Shown piece after piece: positions 1-9,116 of a stretch of DNA of 64,000 bases. Position numbers and translations under genes: made by a program. Source of the DNA: an uncultured Candidatus Saccharibacteria bacterium (GTDB lineage: Bacteria; Patescibacteriota; Minisyncoccia; Phycocordibacterales; UBA2100); the NCBI GenBank assembly GCA_964424265.1, contig CAYRHX010000002.1:3345-67344 (forward strand), written 5' to 3'. Positions within the stretch are counted from its first letter, which is position 1. Every line of letters starts with the position of its first letter. The notes beneath the pieces are model-generated. The model was not told the DNA's origin, made no database searches, and saw only the letters and a list, made by a program, of their open reading frames with translations.

Positions 1-718
1 GTCCGAAAATGCCGTGACCCAATTCATGCGCAAGCTGACTAGGTGCGGTTAGTAAACTCGTATTTACATAGACTGCTGCCGGATTGAGATTACTTTTTGC
101 AAGGGATGCAAACGAGTTGTTTTCCAATCTGATGCCAAAGGAGTCGGCATGTGGGGTTATGAATGTGTTGTTGTTGGGAAGCTCTTTGTTAATAAATATA
201 GGCACTACATACGTGAGGCCGCTTCTCTGTATTGCTCCCTTTCTGTCCTGGGATTTATATTCTAAAAGAGCCGGGGTATCGCCATCGATCAGCACGGAAT
301 CGTACCAGACGTTGAATTTATTCTTATTTGAGCGCAGTGGCTCTATTGCGAACGGCCCGAATGCGACTCCATTTCGAACGGGGCTGCCGTTCCAGCTCAA
401 CATCTCAATTGCAGATGCCTTGAGCTCCTCGAGCGAAGCAAAATTCATCCCCGCCACCACAAGATTTATCCTGTCGGCACTTACAATGTTATGGCCCTGG
501 ACGAGGGGCTGGATGTCTGCTGGCCTTGGGTCAAGGCAGACGCCCTTGGGATCGAGTACATATCCTATGGGGAGGACGGTCTGAACGCCATCAAGATTGG
601 GACACACGTCTGTTGTAGATTCCCCAAACACACTACCTTGGCTATTGGCAGCTGACACAGAATTAGCTGGGAAAAAGAGCAGGAGTCCTGCTACTGCAAA
701 AGCGAGTATTTTGTGCAT
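1..718 (-). CDS. Partial secreted zincin-like metallopeptidase (HELGH motif); N-terminal part only, runs off the left window edge
   Basis: My own translation of the minus strand from the ATG at 716-718 gives MHKILAFAVAGLLLFFPANSVSA (signal peptide) ... SQLAHELGHGIFG at the window edge. The frame is open across 1-718 and is absent from the ORF track because no stop lies in the window. The track ORF 84..584(+) overlaps it and is probably spurious. Confidence 0.5.
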   Translation of the reverse strand, partial: MHKILAFAVAGLLLFFPANSVSAANSQGSVFGESTTDVCPNLDGVQTVLPIGYVLDPKGVCLDPRPADIQPLVQGHNIVSADRINLVVAGMNFASLEELKASAIEMLSWNGSPVRNGVAFGPFAIEPLRSNKNKFNVWYDSVLIDGDTPALLEYKSQDRKGAIQRSGLTYVVPIFINKELPNNNTFITPHADSFGIRLENNSFASLAKSNLNPAAVYVNTSLLTAPSQLAHELGHGIFG

Positions 719-840
719 ACGTGACGAAGTGATGATGAATGGTAAGTGCACAAATTGTTACATGCACTCGAGATGATGCAAGGGGGATGGAACAACTCGC
801 CTCTGTACCTCTTCTCCAAAGCGATATAATCTAGTGGTAT

Positions 841-1305
841 ATGGGTGAAGACCTGGAGAACACGCCTAGTGGTAACATCTTACGATTCCCATCAAGAAAG
901 AAGGTCGGTGGAGAACATGCGCCAGAAACTAATTCCATTGCCCACGTCGTACCGCTTAACCGGATAGAACAATCAAGGAGCGGCGTCGAGATGCTTTCGC
1001 TTTTCACGAATGAGAAGAGAGAACGCGCCATATATGAAAGAAGGCTTGCTACTTTGATGCACACGCCTGAACTCCTCAGTTTCATCCACATGGCACAAGT
1101 ACTCTCCGTTACCATTGAGGATATGAAGGGCGACCGCACGAGGGCCGAATCGCTAGACGAAGCCGCACAAAAACATCTAGTCTACTTTCAGGAAATGAAC
1201 ATGGGGCAACTCGCATCATGTGTGAACTCGGTAGGAATAGATCCATCTGACGACACGATCGCCAACAGCCTTGCGTTGTTTATGACTATTCTGAGAAAAT
1301 CTTGA
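841..1305 (+). CDS. Hypothetical protein (154 aa)
   Basis: ORF with helical charged composition; TATAAT-like box about 15 nt upstream; no recognisable motif. Competing antisense ORF 831..1139 looks like junk. Confidence 0.3.
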   Translation: MGEDLENTPSGNILRFPSRKKVGGEHAPETNSIAHVVPLNRIEQSRSGVEMLSLFTNEKRERAIYERRLATLMHTPELLSFIHMAQVLSVTIEDMKGDRTRAESLDEAAQKHLVYFQEMNMGQLASCVNSVGIDPSDDTIANSLALFMTILRKS

Positions 1306-1314
1306 GCTCGCGCA

Positions 1315-2211
1315 TTATTGACGAGACACATATAGTGTCGCACCAGACGATGTGACGGATTTGAGCTCTATCAAGAGCGCGGCTGGCCAGTTTTTTGTGA
1401 GCACCTTCCCTCCTTGAGGAAGAGAGATCGTCTCCGACTGGAGGCCGCCCTGAACAGGCCCCGTGGCTCTGAGTTTTGCCATTGTGCCAGCAGTCGAGAT
1501 AAGTTCAATTCTGAACGCTCCGTTCAAGAGCGAACCCTGCGCTTCTTGGAGCGCCTGGTGCACGAAGAGTGTCTGGGTAACACTGCCGACAGCAAATGTG
1601 AAATTTACCACCGAGTACTCGGCACCATTGGCGGTCAAGCCCTTTATGCAGTAGCTCAACATTCTTTCCTGGGTGGCTGAATCGGGAACTCCCGTCTGCG
1701 AGAGGCCCTCATCCCTTTGGTACCGCTTGAGATATTCCTCGGTATTCGATCCAAAGATGCCGTCCACGAAGCCTGCCTCTGCCAAGCCATATTTATGAGC
1801 GAGAAACGTTTGCAGGTTTGCGATATCTCCACGAGCGGATGATGATTGAGCCGCGTCGCGATCTCCTATTTTGAAGCCCGTCCTAAATCGTGGGCAAAAC
1901 TGCGTGTTGGATGTGATGGGGGCTGTCGACGGTTTCGGCGCAGGCTTTGCTATAGGTGCGGACTTCGGCGCAGGCGATGATGTGGTTGCCTGTGCGGGAA
2001 TCTGAAGACCGATATCCGACGGTGAAATTGGATTGGGTGATGAAAAGTACCAGACAAACAAGACCACGCTTCCCGTGAGTGCGAGGCCAAGGCCTAATGT
2101 TCGAGTATTCATGTGCTTCGAAAAAATTACGTAATCATCAGCGGAATCTGTAGAGTCTATAGCGCGTGGTCTATGGTGTCGATACAAATATTCTGCGTGA
2201 GAGAGGCTCAC
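1315..2211 (-). CDS. Secreted/membrane-anchored protein with a putative peptidoglycan-binding (PG_binding_1-like) domain
   Basis: N-terminal TM/signal segment, Pro/Ala-rich linker, then LQTFLAHKYGLAEAGFVDGIFGSNTEEYLKRYQRDEGLSQTG, typical of PG-binding domain 1. Confidence 0.5.
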   Translation of the reverse strand: MSLSHAEYLYRHHRPRAIDSTDSADDYVIFSKHMNTRTLGLGLALTGSVVLFVWYFSSPNPISPSDIGLQIPAQATTSSPAPKSAPIAKPAPKPSTAPITSNTQFCPRFRTGFKIGDRDAAQSSSARGDIANLQTFLAHKYGLAEAGFVDGIFGSNTEEYLKRYQRDEGLSQTGVPDSATQERMLSYCIKGLTANGAEYSVVNFTFAVGSVTQTLFVHQALQEAQGSLLNGAFRIELISTAGTMAKLRATGPVQGGLQSETISLPQGGKVLTKNWPAALLIELKSVTSSGATLYVSRQ

Positions 2212-4634
2212 TGAAACATCGAGGTCGATATTTTTTTCAAGACGAGATCAAGAGATGCTAGAGCATTGGCAATCTGAGAATAGTAGTCTTCAAACGGAAG
2301 TAGAGAAAATTGCGCTCTGGATAACTTCGGCGTAATAAGGACATCGAATGAAACTACGTTTGACTGCGCGCCATCGCTGTCACGAATAAGCGTTATGTAG
2401 TAAGTGCCGGGCGGTGTTGGGATTTGCGTTGCAGAAGTCCCCTTACCAACACTGTCATCCATTGTCGTTGGAAATGTAAAGCTAAGACTGCCGCTCGACG
2501 CTCCAGACACACCTGTGACAAAAGCGCCTACCGTTGAAGAAGTGTCGTACACAGACAAGGAGTTGGCGCTTTTAGAGGTATCGAATCCGGATCCGGTGAT
2601 CTCAACGACACTTCCTGCGGCTCCTCGCATCGGACTAATGGCGCTTATGGTGGGCGGGGTAGTAATAGTGAGGAATCGCTCAAGAATTAAAGTGCGATTG
2701 TTGGTCGTATCGGTGACCACGATCGTCAGTGTCCGTGAGCCTACCGTAGATTCCGGCACTTTAAAAGAAATTTGCATGTATGCTCCAGCTCCCGGAGCCG
2801 ACGCGATCGAACTAGGATATGCATCGATAAACCAATCCTCCCCTCCTGAGATTGTCGCTGAGACTGAAACGTCGGACGGCGGACAACTGGCACGGTCTTT
2901 GTTGTTGAGCGTAAATGAAACGTACCCATACGAACCGGATCCAAGTTGTGTTCTACCCGCCATGTCGGCCGCCTCAAACCCGATGAGCTCACACACGACT
3001 GGCTTTACAGCAACCGCAAAGGATGCGGTGGAACGTTTTTTGATAGAGAACGATCCGATGGAAATTCCATGACTATCCCACGCAAACGAGCTTCCCTGCA
3101 TAAGCGCTTGCTGTGAATTCGGATCAATCGCGTAATTCGCATTGATGAGTCGCGGGAATGGGAGATAATCCGGGACGACCTGATTGATATGTATCCCTGC
3201 CGACAGCGGTGAGAGTACGGAATCAAATCCTGTCGGTTGCCTAAACTCAAGATACAGAGGCGCAATTGAAGGTACTGATGGATTCGTTATGACGGCAGCA
3301 CGTACCCCGCTTTGCGCTTCTAGCGGTAAAAGAGTGTAGCTGCCAGTTTGCCGTATGAATACTTTTGACGATGTCGCGAGCCACCCCAATATATCTTTAT
3401 AGAACGCGTTAAAATGCGCCGCCGAATCCCCGTTCCCCATCACGTCAAAAGAGTTTCCATATTCGGAGTGGTAGCAGCCGGTATCCAGAGAAAGGCCTGT
3501 ACAACTCCATGAATTCGCGTGCATCACGCCGAGTTCGTGCCCCATTTCGTGCGCAAGCACATACTCAAAGCCAGACATGTTTGACTTCTGCCATCCGTCA
3601 TCGGGCCATCCAACCCAGCCTTGCGACAGTCGATACGCGCCGCCATTAAATGTCACGTCTGATTTTCCGACAAACGCGCAACCGCCCTGCCACCCATTGA
3701 TGACAAATACTAGACGTCCATAACGCGATAGGTCTATTCGATTTTGAGTGATGTGATTCTTTACTTCTGACTGATCAAGCGTAGGAGAGACACATCCGAG
3801 ATATGAAGAGGTAGGTATTGATATCCAATCAGTGACATCACCAACGAATCGGATGTTCTTATATGATTGTTCATCGTAATATTTCTCGAAATTGCCGGTG
3901 AAAATCATTTTCTTCATTTTGTCTTTGGTCGGTGTATTCGGCAGCCCTGGTTGCGTAATGAGAATGATGAGCGTATTTTGCATACCTACCGTCTCCAGCT
4001 TCGGCTTTTTGAGAACTCTGAATTCTCCTGCGCGCGCCTCCGCAATGATCTTCTTCCCTTTCTGATACCCCTTGATCTCCACGACGGCACCGGAGGTAAG
4101 CGCGGGTGCGCCTCCCGCAAGATAGAGGGAGAAGCGTTCGGTCCCCGTATTTACCTGATAGGCAAAACGCGAATTGCGCTCATTGGAGAAATCGTCGGTA
4201 TGGAGCACGTCAAGAGTGCCGGTGACTGTTGTTTGTATTTCCACTTCTGCTTGGATTGCGCTCGGAAGTTTGGCACGAGCTTCGGGCGAGATCACGTTCC
4301 GGAGAAAGGCCTGAGGATCGCTCTGTGCGAGCTCCTCCATTATCCGTCCTCTTTTTTGGGCGATTTTCAGTTGTTGCGCGGGCGATGTCGACGTGGCGCT
4401 CCGAGCTCCGATACCCGTTATCGCCGGTCGAAGTGTATCGGTAAGAGAACGAAGCTCACGAAGTCCTTTCGTGGATATTCGTTCGGGAATGCGATCAGTC
4501 TCAATCGCTGACAGCGCGATTGGTCCACCAGTGAGTACAATGAGGCCACACAAGACAGCCGCAAATACGAGATGTCGGGCCGAGGTAATCTTCCCTTTCA
4601 CCGGAGCATGGTAACACTCTTTACGTCCCTTCAC
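2208..4634 (-). CDS. Secreted zinc metalloprotease (HExxH...H zincin) with C-terminal IPT/TIG-like domain
   Basis: Signal/TM at N-terminus; VLAHEMGHELGVMHANSW zinc-binding motif; C-terminal ISPMRGAAGSVVEITGSGF resembles an IPT/TIG fold. Four-nt overlap with the downstream gene suggests an operon. Confidence 0.6.
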   Translation of the reverse strand: MKGRKECYHAPVKGKITSARHLVFAAVLCGLIVLTGGPIALSAIETDRIPERISTKGLRELRSLTDTLRPAITGIGARSATSTSPAQQLKIAQKRGRIMEELAQSDPQAFLRNVISPEARAKLPSAIQAEVEIQTTVTGTLDVLHTDDFSNERNSRFAYQVNTGTERFSLYLAGGAPALTSGAVVEIKGYQKGKKIIAEARAGEFRVLKKPKLETVGMQNTLIILITQPGLPNTPTKDKMKKMIFTGNFEKYYDEQSYKNIRFVGDVTDWISIPTSSYLGCVSPTLDQSEVKNHITQNRIDLSRYGRLVFVINGWQGGCAFVGKSDVTFNGGAYRLSQGWVGWPDDGWQKSNMSGFEYVLAHEMGHELGVMHANSWSCTGLSLDTGCYHSEYGNSFDVMGNGDSAAHFNAFYKDILGWLATSSKVFIRQTGSYTLLPLEAQSGVRAAVITNPSVPSIAPLYLEFRQPTGFDSVLSPLSAGIHINQVVPDYLPFPRLINANYAIDPNSQQALMQGSSFAWDSHGISIGSFSIKKRSTASFAVAVKPVVCELIGFEAADMAGRTQLGSGSYGYVSFTLNNKDRASCPPSDVSVSATISGGEDWFIDAYPSSIASAPGAGAYMQISFKVPESTVGSRTLTIVVTDTTNNRTLILERFLTITTPPTISAISPMRGAAGSVVEITGSGFDTSKSANSLSVYDTSSTVGAFVTGVSGASSGSLSFTFPTTMDDSVGKGTSATQIPTPPGTYYITLIRDSDGAQSNVVSFDVLITPKLSRAQFSLLPFEDYYSQIANALASLDLVLKKISTSMFQ

Positions 4635-4666
4635 TCGAAGACGGTGTTAACATCCGTATTTGTGAA

Positions 4667-6808
4667 CTACTTCCTCGCAGCAATCACCGCATCTGCCGCA
4701 GTCTTGGGAACAATCGCGTAATGAGAAAATTCAAGGTTCGGGACGCCGCGGCCCTCGGTCGCGGAACGAAGCTGAGTTGTGAATCCGAAAAGCTCTGAAA
4801 GAGGCACCTTTGCTGTGATGACACGAGCTTGGCCGCGCTCCCCCATTGCTTCGATCGAGCCACGCTTTGCGTTGATCATACCGGTCACATCACCCATAAA
4901 TTTCTCCGGCACTACCACTTCCAACTTCATGATCGGTTCGAGAATGACGGGTCGCGCTTTCGCCATCGCCTCTTGCATAGCGTTGATGGCGGCGAGTTTG
5001 AAGGCGATTTCTGAAGAGTCCACATCGTGCGCAGAGCCGTCATAGAGCTCGACGGAAATATCGACGACGGGGAATCCAGCCTGAATGCCGCGCTCCATCG
5101 CTTCGATAAGGCCCTTTTTCACGGGCTGGATGAATTCCTGTGGAATAACTCCTCCTTTGATGTTGTTGATGAATTCAAAGTGATCCTCTCGCTCGACATT
5201 GTTTTTGATTTTCTTCCCTTCTTCCAGCGGCTCGAGCGGCTTCACGCGGATTTTCACGTGACCGTACTGACCACGGCCACCCGTCTGCTTGATGTGTTTG
5301 TATTCCACATCTGCGGTGCCTTGAATCGTCTCGCGATATGCAACCTGCGGCTTCCCTGTCGTCGCCTGGACGCCAAACTCTCGCTTCATACGATCCACGA
5401 TGATCTCGAGGTGCAGCTCGCCCATGCCCGAGACGATGGTTTCCATGGTTTCAGGGTCGGATTTGATGCGGAAGGTAGGATCTTCGTCGGATAGTTTGGA
5501 GAGTGCCATACCCATCTTTTCTTGGTCGGCTTTTGTGTTGGGCTCGATACGCATCGAGACCACCGGCTCCGGAAAGACGATCGATTCGAGTGCAATCGGA
5601 TGCGCTGCGTCGCAAAGCGTGTGGCCGATCTTCACCTCTTTCATACCGACGGCAGCCGCAATTTCACCGGCGTAGACGATTTTCACGTCTTCACGCTTGT
5701 CGGCCTGGAGCCGCACGATGCGGCCTACGCGCTCTTTTTTGTTGTTGGCAGAGTCGTAGATCGTCTGCCCCGCTTCAAAACTTCCGGAATACACGCGGAA
5801 GAATGAAAGCTGCCCAACGAAAGGATCGGTCTGGATTTTGAATACAAGCGCCGAAAACGGGGCTTCATCCGATGCGGGGCGTGTGTCCTCTTCGCCCGTG
5901 TCAGTATTTATCCCTTTGGCTGGTGGCATATCCAAGGGTGACGGAAGGTAATCGACGACCGCATCAAGCACGAGCTGCACTCCCTTGTTTTTGAGTGAAG
6001 ATCCGGTGAGCACAGGGAAGATCTTGTTCTCAATGACGCCCTTGCGGAGCGTTTCCTGAAGAACTTTGGTAGAGATTTCTTTACCATCCAAAAAATCTGC
6101 CATCACCGCATCGTCATTCTCGACAATGCGCTCAACGAGCTCATCGTGATACTTCTTTGCTTCGGCCTTCATGTGTTCGGGAATATCGTATGGAACAACA
6201 TTCTTACCCATCTCGCCTTCAAATTTGTACGCCTTCATGTGCAGCAGGTCGATGATTCCCTCAAATTTGTCTTCGAGACCGATAGGAATCTGCAGTCGCA
6301 CGGCTTTAGAGGAAAGACGGTCGAGAATGGATGCGTATGACTTTTCAAATGACGCGCCGGTGCGGTCGAGTTTGTTGATATAACAAATGCGCGGCACGTT
6401 GGCCTCCTCCGCATAACGCCAGTTGGTCTCAGACTGCGGCTCGACGCCAGCGACGCCGTCGAACACTACAACCGCGCCATCCAAGACACGCATCGAACGC
6501 TTCACTTCTGAAGTGAAGTCGATGTGTCCGGGGGTGTCGATGATGTTGAAGCGGACCTTTTTCGAGAGATCAGCGCCCATGTAGGTCGGGTTCCAGAAAC
6601 ATGTGATCGCAGCGGCCGTGATCGTGATGCCGCGCTCGCGCTCCTGCTCCATCCAGTCCGTGACCGTATTGCCCTCGTGCACTTCGCCGATCTTGTGCGA
6701 CTCGCCGGTGTAGTAGAGGATGCGCTCAGACGTGGTTGTCTTCCCCGCATCGACGTGCGCAACGATGCCGAAATTTCGTACTTTCTCTAATTGATAGTCT
6801 CGTGCCAT
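4667..6808 (-). CDS. fusA: Translation elongation factor G
   Basis: MARDYQLEKVRNFGIVAHVDAGKTTTSERILYYTG... is full-length EF-G. The track ORF extends 22 codons upstream (to 6874); the Met at MARDY is the likely start. Confidence 0.95.
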   Translation of the reverse strand: MARDYQLEKVRNFGIVAHVDAGKTTTSERILYYTGESHKIGEVHEGNTVTDWMEQERERGITITAAAITCFWNPTYMGADLSKKVRFNIIDTPGHIDFTSEVKRSMRVLDGAVVVFDGVAGVEPQSETNWRYAEEANVPRICYINKLDRTGASFEKSYASILDRLSSKAVRLQIPIGLEDKFEGIIDLLHMKAYKFEGEMGKNVVPYDIPEHMKAEAKKYHDELVERIVENDDAVMADFLDGKEISTKVLQETLRKGVIENKIFPVLTGSSLKNKGVQLVLDAVVDYLPSPLDMPPAKGINTDTGEEDTRPASDEAPFSALVFKIQTDPFVGQLSFFRVYSGSFEAGQTIYDSANNKKERVGRIVRLQADKREDVKIVYAGEIAAAVGMKEVKIGHTLCDAAHPIALESIVFPEPVVSMRIEPNTKADQEKMGMALSKLSDEDPTFRIKSDPETMETIVSGMGELHLEIIVDRMKREFGVQATTGKPQVAYRETIQGTADVEYKHIKQTGGRGQYGHVKIRVKPLEPLEEGKKIKNNVEREDHFEFINNIKGGVIPQEFIQPVKKGLIEAMERGIQAGFPVVDISVELYDGSAHDVDSSEIAFKLAAINAMQEAMAKARPVILEPIMKLEVVVPEKFMGDVTGMINAKRGSIEAMGERGQARVITAKVPLSELFGFTTQLRSATEGRGVPNLEFSHYAIVPKTAADAVIAARK

Positions 6809-6904
6809 ATTTTCTTTAAACAAAAACGCGCTGTGCGCGTCCAAGTAATGTAGCGGAAATTTAGAAAAAAGCAATCATTAAGCGGTGATTGGATACCCAG
6901 GCCG

Positions 6905-7165
6905 CTAATCGTAAATAGTGTGATCGCCGACGATGTGGAGTAGGGCTTCGCCACCAGCAACCCACTCGAACTTGATGCGGTTTTTACGATCGATCCAGAA
7001 GCCTAAGAACCCCTTATATTTACCGTGCAATTTATGTACTTTGAGCCTCTGGTGATTACTTCTATCCCTGAACAACTCGATTTTCTGGAATGCGTCCTCC
7101 TGTAGTTGCGGAGGAAGCTTCTTCAAACTTCGGAAGAACGCCGGCGTAAACCCAACGGTGACCAT
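6905..7165 (-). CDS. Type II toxin, RelE/ParE superfamily
   Basis: 86 aa; ...HKLHGKYKGFLGFWIDRKNRIKFEW..LLHIVGDHTIYD matches the RelE/ParE fold signature; immediately downstream of a small RHH gene with a 4-nt gap. Confidence 0.7.
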   Translation of the reverse strand: MVTVGFTPAFFRSLKKLPPQLQEDAFQKIELFRDRSNHQRLKVHKLHGKYKGFLGFWIDRKNRIKFEWVAGGEALLHIVGDHTIYD

Positions 7166-7169
7166 ACCG

Positions 7170-7388
7170 TTAGAATCTCTTTATCAACTCACGCGGGTCA
7201 CCATAAAGAACCTTCCCTTCTTTCGCCTCCTGCAAAGAGCGCTGCAGAGATGCGAATGTCGAGTCTTCCTCAAGGGCATCTATACTCAATCGCACTGCAT
7301 GCGCTTTGTTTGCCGCTCGGCCACTTTTGACAAGACCCTTGAGAAACCTCTCCTGCTTGGACGTTATGGGCACTGAAATGGTAACCAT
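7170..7388 (-). CDS. Type II antitoxin, ParD-like (ribbon-helix-helix)
   Basis: 72 aa; ISVPITSKQERFLKGLVKSGRAANKAHAVRLSIDALEE resembles the ParD/COG3609 pattern; paired with the downstream toxin. Confidence 0.6.
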   Translation of the reverse strand: MVTISVPITSKQERFLKGLVKSGRAANKAHAVRLSIDALEEDSTFASLQRSLQEAKEGKVLYGDPRELIKRF

Positions 7389-7451
7389 ATGATTTTATAT
7401 TATCGGATATGACAATATCATACGTCCTCCCTCCTTTTTAGCAAGCACAAC

Positions 7452-7480
7452 GAAACGGCCGCCCTATGGGCGGCCGTTTC
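7452..7480. terminator. Perfect 13-bp inverted repeat hairpin (GAAACGGCCGCCC tat GGGCGGCCGTTTC), probably a bidirectional terminator
   Basis: Seen directly; T-rich flank on the plus side; lies between the rpsG 3'-end remnant and the TA module. Confidence 0.5.
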
Positions 7481-7499
7481 TTAGATTATTCTCAAATCG

Positions 7500-7547
7500 T
7501 TACCACGCAAAGTGGGCGAAGGCTTTGTTGGCTTCGGCTAGGCAGGC
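7500..7547 (-). repeat. Duplicated copy of the rpsG 3' end (encodes ...AEANKAFAHFAW*), direct repeat of 8574..8621
   Basis: ttaccacgcaaagtgggcgaaggctttgttggcttcggc is about 90% identical to the true rpsG 3' end ttaccacgcgaagtgggcgaaggccttgttggcttcggc; in frame behind the stop of the 317-aa ORF. Confidence 0.75.
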
Positions 7548-8501
7548 CTAGTAGCTTTTCTCAGGAGGCCTTTCCGTGCAACGATCAGCGGTGGTCACCA
7601 TTTTCTCATATCGCTCACCAGTGTATACGAACCAATACGTATGCAGTTTGTCGTACGCACAGTGGATGTTTACTGCTACGAATGAGGCTATATCCACATC
7701 ATTGATGACCTGGTCTTTGAAGAACACGTGTCGCTTGTCTTTAAAAAAGAAGGTGTTGAAATATCTATCCTCCGGAGCAGCGTCTCGTAAAGGGATACGC
7801 TCTGCTGTTTGAATGTCCATGAGCGTCATGTGTGCATAGTCGACGCTCGTATCGTCGTAATAATGGAGTTCGGCTTTTACACCAAAATCGCCGTTTCCAT
7901 TATTGAATCCTGATAGACCCGCTCGGGGGTCGTTTCTACCTCCCGCTTTTGTTGTCTGTGCTTGATCATTTCGAGCGATGTCGTAAAACGTGATCGACTG
8001 CATTATCATGCGACCAACCGCAGAGGCCACCGATGCTGAAGCATGCGGTTTGCCGATCCCAAATGGGAAGATCGCCTCGAAAGAACTGTCCTGGGTCGCT
8101 CCAATATAGAGATATTCGACAACACCATAATCGCTGGAGCTGTTCCGCGTTCGGTAGATAGTCTCAACGACAGTTTTTCCATCTACGAGAACATTCTCCT
8201 TTTTCTCGACAGAGAACGTCTCGCTGCCGTCAACGGGAACATTGTTGAGTGCCATGTACGGATCGCCGCTTGCACCTCCAGCATAGCAGGTGAGCTGAAT
8301 CCAGTTCGGATGGGCGATATGCGATTGACGTTTGGTGCAATCCCATCCGTTTACAGTGCCAAGTGAAATCCCGATCTCAGTCAATACGAAAGCCGCAGGA
8401 GCAGCGCTTCCTGTAACTGGCTCCGGCATCGGTGTGAAATACCAATAAGCACCGCCGCCAAGAAGAATGGAAGCTGCGAGCACACTGAGATATTTATTCA
8501 T
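7548..8501 (-). CDS. Hypothetical secreted protein (317 aa), cargo between rpsG 3'-end direct repeats
   Basis: Signal peptide MNKYLSVLAASILLGGGAYWYF; no recognisable catalytic motif. Confidence 0.5.
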   Translation of the reverse strand: MNKYLSVLAASILLGGGAYWYFTPMPEPVTGSAAPAAFVLTEIGISLGTVNGWDCTKRQSHIAHPNWIQLTCYAGGASGDPYMALNNVPVDGSETFSVEKKENVLVDGKTVVETIYRTRNSSSDYGVVEYLYIGATQDSSFEAIFPFGIGKPHASASVASAVGRMIMQSITFYDIARNDQAQTTKAGGRNDPRAGLSGFNNGNGDFGVKAELHYYDDTSVDYAHMTLMDIQTAERIPLRDAAPEDRYFNTFFFKDKRHVFFKDQVINDVDIASFVAVNIHCAYDKLHTYWFVYTGERYEKMVTTADRCTERPPEKSY

Positions 8502-8573
8502 AGCTACTATAATAACCCTCTGACTTCGCTCAGGGTAATTTTGCGCCCTTCGATAAACTCAGGGTAAACAAAA

Positions 8574-9035
8574 TTACCACGCGAAGTGGGCGAAGGCCTT
8601 GTTGGCTTCGGCCATGCGGTGCGTCGTCTCTTTCTTCGTGGCAGCAGCGCCTTCACCCTTGTGTGCGGCCCTCAATTCGGCGAGGAGACTCTCGTGCATG
8701 GGCTTGCCCTTGGTGCCCTCAGCCGCTTCTACGATCCAGCGCATACCGAGTGAGAGCTTGCGATTGGGATTCACTTCGCGAGGCACCTGGTAGTTGGCGC
8801 CACCGACGCGGCGTGAGCGTACTTCCACGGAAGGAGATGCCTTCTCAAGCGCCTCTTCGAGGAAGGTGACAGGATCGCCATCTTTCTTCAGCTCATCCAT
8901 CACTTTGTAGACAATCTTGCGGGCAGTATCTTTCTTGCCGCGCTCCATGACGTAGTTGATGAGCTTCGCAACCTTAAAAGATCCGTACACTTCGTCCGGC
9001 TGAGGCTGCATTCTATTTTTTACGGGTCGTCGCAT
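8574..9035 (-). CDS. rpsG: 30S ribosomal protein S7
   Basis: MRRPVKNRMQPQPDEVYGSFKVAKLINYVMERGKKDTARKIVY... is canonical S7. Confidence 0.95.
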   Translation of the reverse strand: MRRPVKNRMQPQPDEVYGSFKVAKLINYVMERGKKDTARKIVYKVMDELKKDGDPVTFLEEALEKASPSVEVRSRRVGGANYQVPREVNPNRKLSLGMRWIVEAAEGTKGKPMHESLLAELRAAHKGEGAAATKKETTHRMAEANKAFAHFAW

Positions 9036-9042
9036 AGGGGTA

Positions 9043-9084
9043 GTGATTAGCCAATGGTGATTAGTGATTAGTGATTAGTGAATT
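9043..9084. repeat. Tandem heptamer repeat (GTGATTA)x3 plus degenerate copies in the rpsL-rpsG intercistronic spacer
   Basis: gtgattag ccaatg gtgatta gtgatta gtgatta gtgaatt, seen directly. Confidence 0.6.
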
Positions 9085-9116
9085 TTGATTTTTTTACTAG
9101 TGACGATTCCCGGTGG

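Noticed and set aside
84-584. Track ORF 166 aa on + strand
   Set aside because: It lies entirely antisense to a longer, motif-bearing open frame (signal peptide + HELGH zincin) that I translated on the minus strand from 718 to the window edge. No motifs, and odd composition.
831-1139. Track ORF 102 aa (-) overlapping 841..1305(+)
   Set aside because: Cys/Ser-rich junk-like translation; the + strand ORF is longer and more protein-like. Both are low confidence.
2404-5841. Many 60-220-aa ORFs antisense to or overlapping the metalloprotease and fusA genes
   Set aside because: They are shadow ORFs typical of GC-rich coding regions; the host genes are full-length and conserved.
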